Origin: Patescibacteria group bacterium
GTDB lineage: Bacteria > Patescibacteriota > Minisyncoccia > Phycocordibacterales > XYD1-FULL-46-19
Assembly (NCBI GenBank): GCA_048617235.1
Contig: JBMCHT010000001.1
Coordinates: 54,043-118,042 of the forward strand
DNA length: 64,000 nucleotides
Direction of reading: 5' to 3'
Position 1 is the stretch's first letter; each line of letters starts with the position of its first letter. Below the pieces are notes generated by a model. The model was not told the DNA's origin. It was given only the letters and a program-made list of their open reading frames with translations, and did not search any database. Positions 63,933 through 64,000 of this stretch are shown piece by piece. Position numbers and translations under genes: made by a program.

Positions 63933-64000
63933 AATTTTTATATAAATTAATTATAATATTCTTCATTTTAAAACCATTCAAATAATTTGGCAATGAATAA

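Noticed and set aside
1-64000. Alternative genetic code (UGA=Gly, code 25) as in some CPR lineages
   Set aside because: All recognisable genes translate full-length with conserved C-termini under the standard code. No in-frame TGA was needed in conserved domains.
1-64000. CRISPR arrays, rRNA operons, transposases/integrases
   Set aside because: No short direct repeats with unique spacers were seen. No rRNA-like conserved stretches. No DDE/tyrosine-recombinase motifs in any frame.

Overview
This is an AT-rich (~35% GC), tightly packed bacterial chromosomal segment. Its gene content and domain architecture look like a small-genome Patescibacteria/CPR-like organism (archaeal-type PyrH, SIS-type PGI/PMI, most host genes with no Shine-Dalgarno), but that lineage call is inference only.

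Core genes recognised:
- Six aminoacyl-tRNA synthetases: trpS, gltX, cysS, lysS, tyrS, thrS.
- A split dcw cluster: dacA-mraY-ftsW-murG on the + strand and mraZ-rsmH-ftsL-ftsI-murF on the - strand, with MraZ-type GTGGG operator repeats.
- mreB-mreC-mreD-PBP2, plus a second mreB paralog.
- Ribosomal proteins L27, L9, L21; dnaB, recR, rarA, rmuC, priA-like, greA, frr, hpf, def-fmt, scpA/scpB, rseP, ctpA, uppP.
- tRNA-Glu(CUC).

Accessory and unusual content:
1. Several GC-rich islets (50-60% GC) sit between AT-rich core genes. Each is bounded by a sigma70-like promoter and/or an intrinsic terminator. They carry either strongly structured RNA or small ORFs with strong GGAGG-type ribosome-binding sites, which contrasts with the mostly SD-less host genes.
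   - 4215-4332 (-): candidate sRNA with a perfect TTGACA-N17-TATAAT promoter and a CU-rich anti-SD-like motif.
   - 13187-13500 (+).
   - 24433-24650 (-): 54-aa hydrophobic ORF.
   - 50474-50857 (+): 113-aa high-GC ORF with a polypurine leader.
   - 55104-55322 (+): structured RNA.
   - 55837-56443 (-): coupled zinc-ribbon plus helical protein pair.
2. A decayed ~2.7 kb accessory islet abuts the 3' end of tRNA-Glu. It contains a frameshifted nucleoside 2-deoxyribosyltransferase-like gene, an XRE regulator with an in-frame TAG, and a DUF1653 gene.
3. A three-gene surface-protein operon (41484-45375, -) has a 751-aa repeat-rich giant protein: poly-Gly, (DPD)n from a 9-bp tandem DNA repeat, a triplicated Cys-module, and carboxypeptidase-regulatory-like domains.
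4. A sucrose-type module: GH100 neutral-invertase-like, HAD-IIB sucrose-phosphatase-like, and GalU.

No CRISPR array, rRNA, integrase or transposase was seen.
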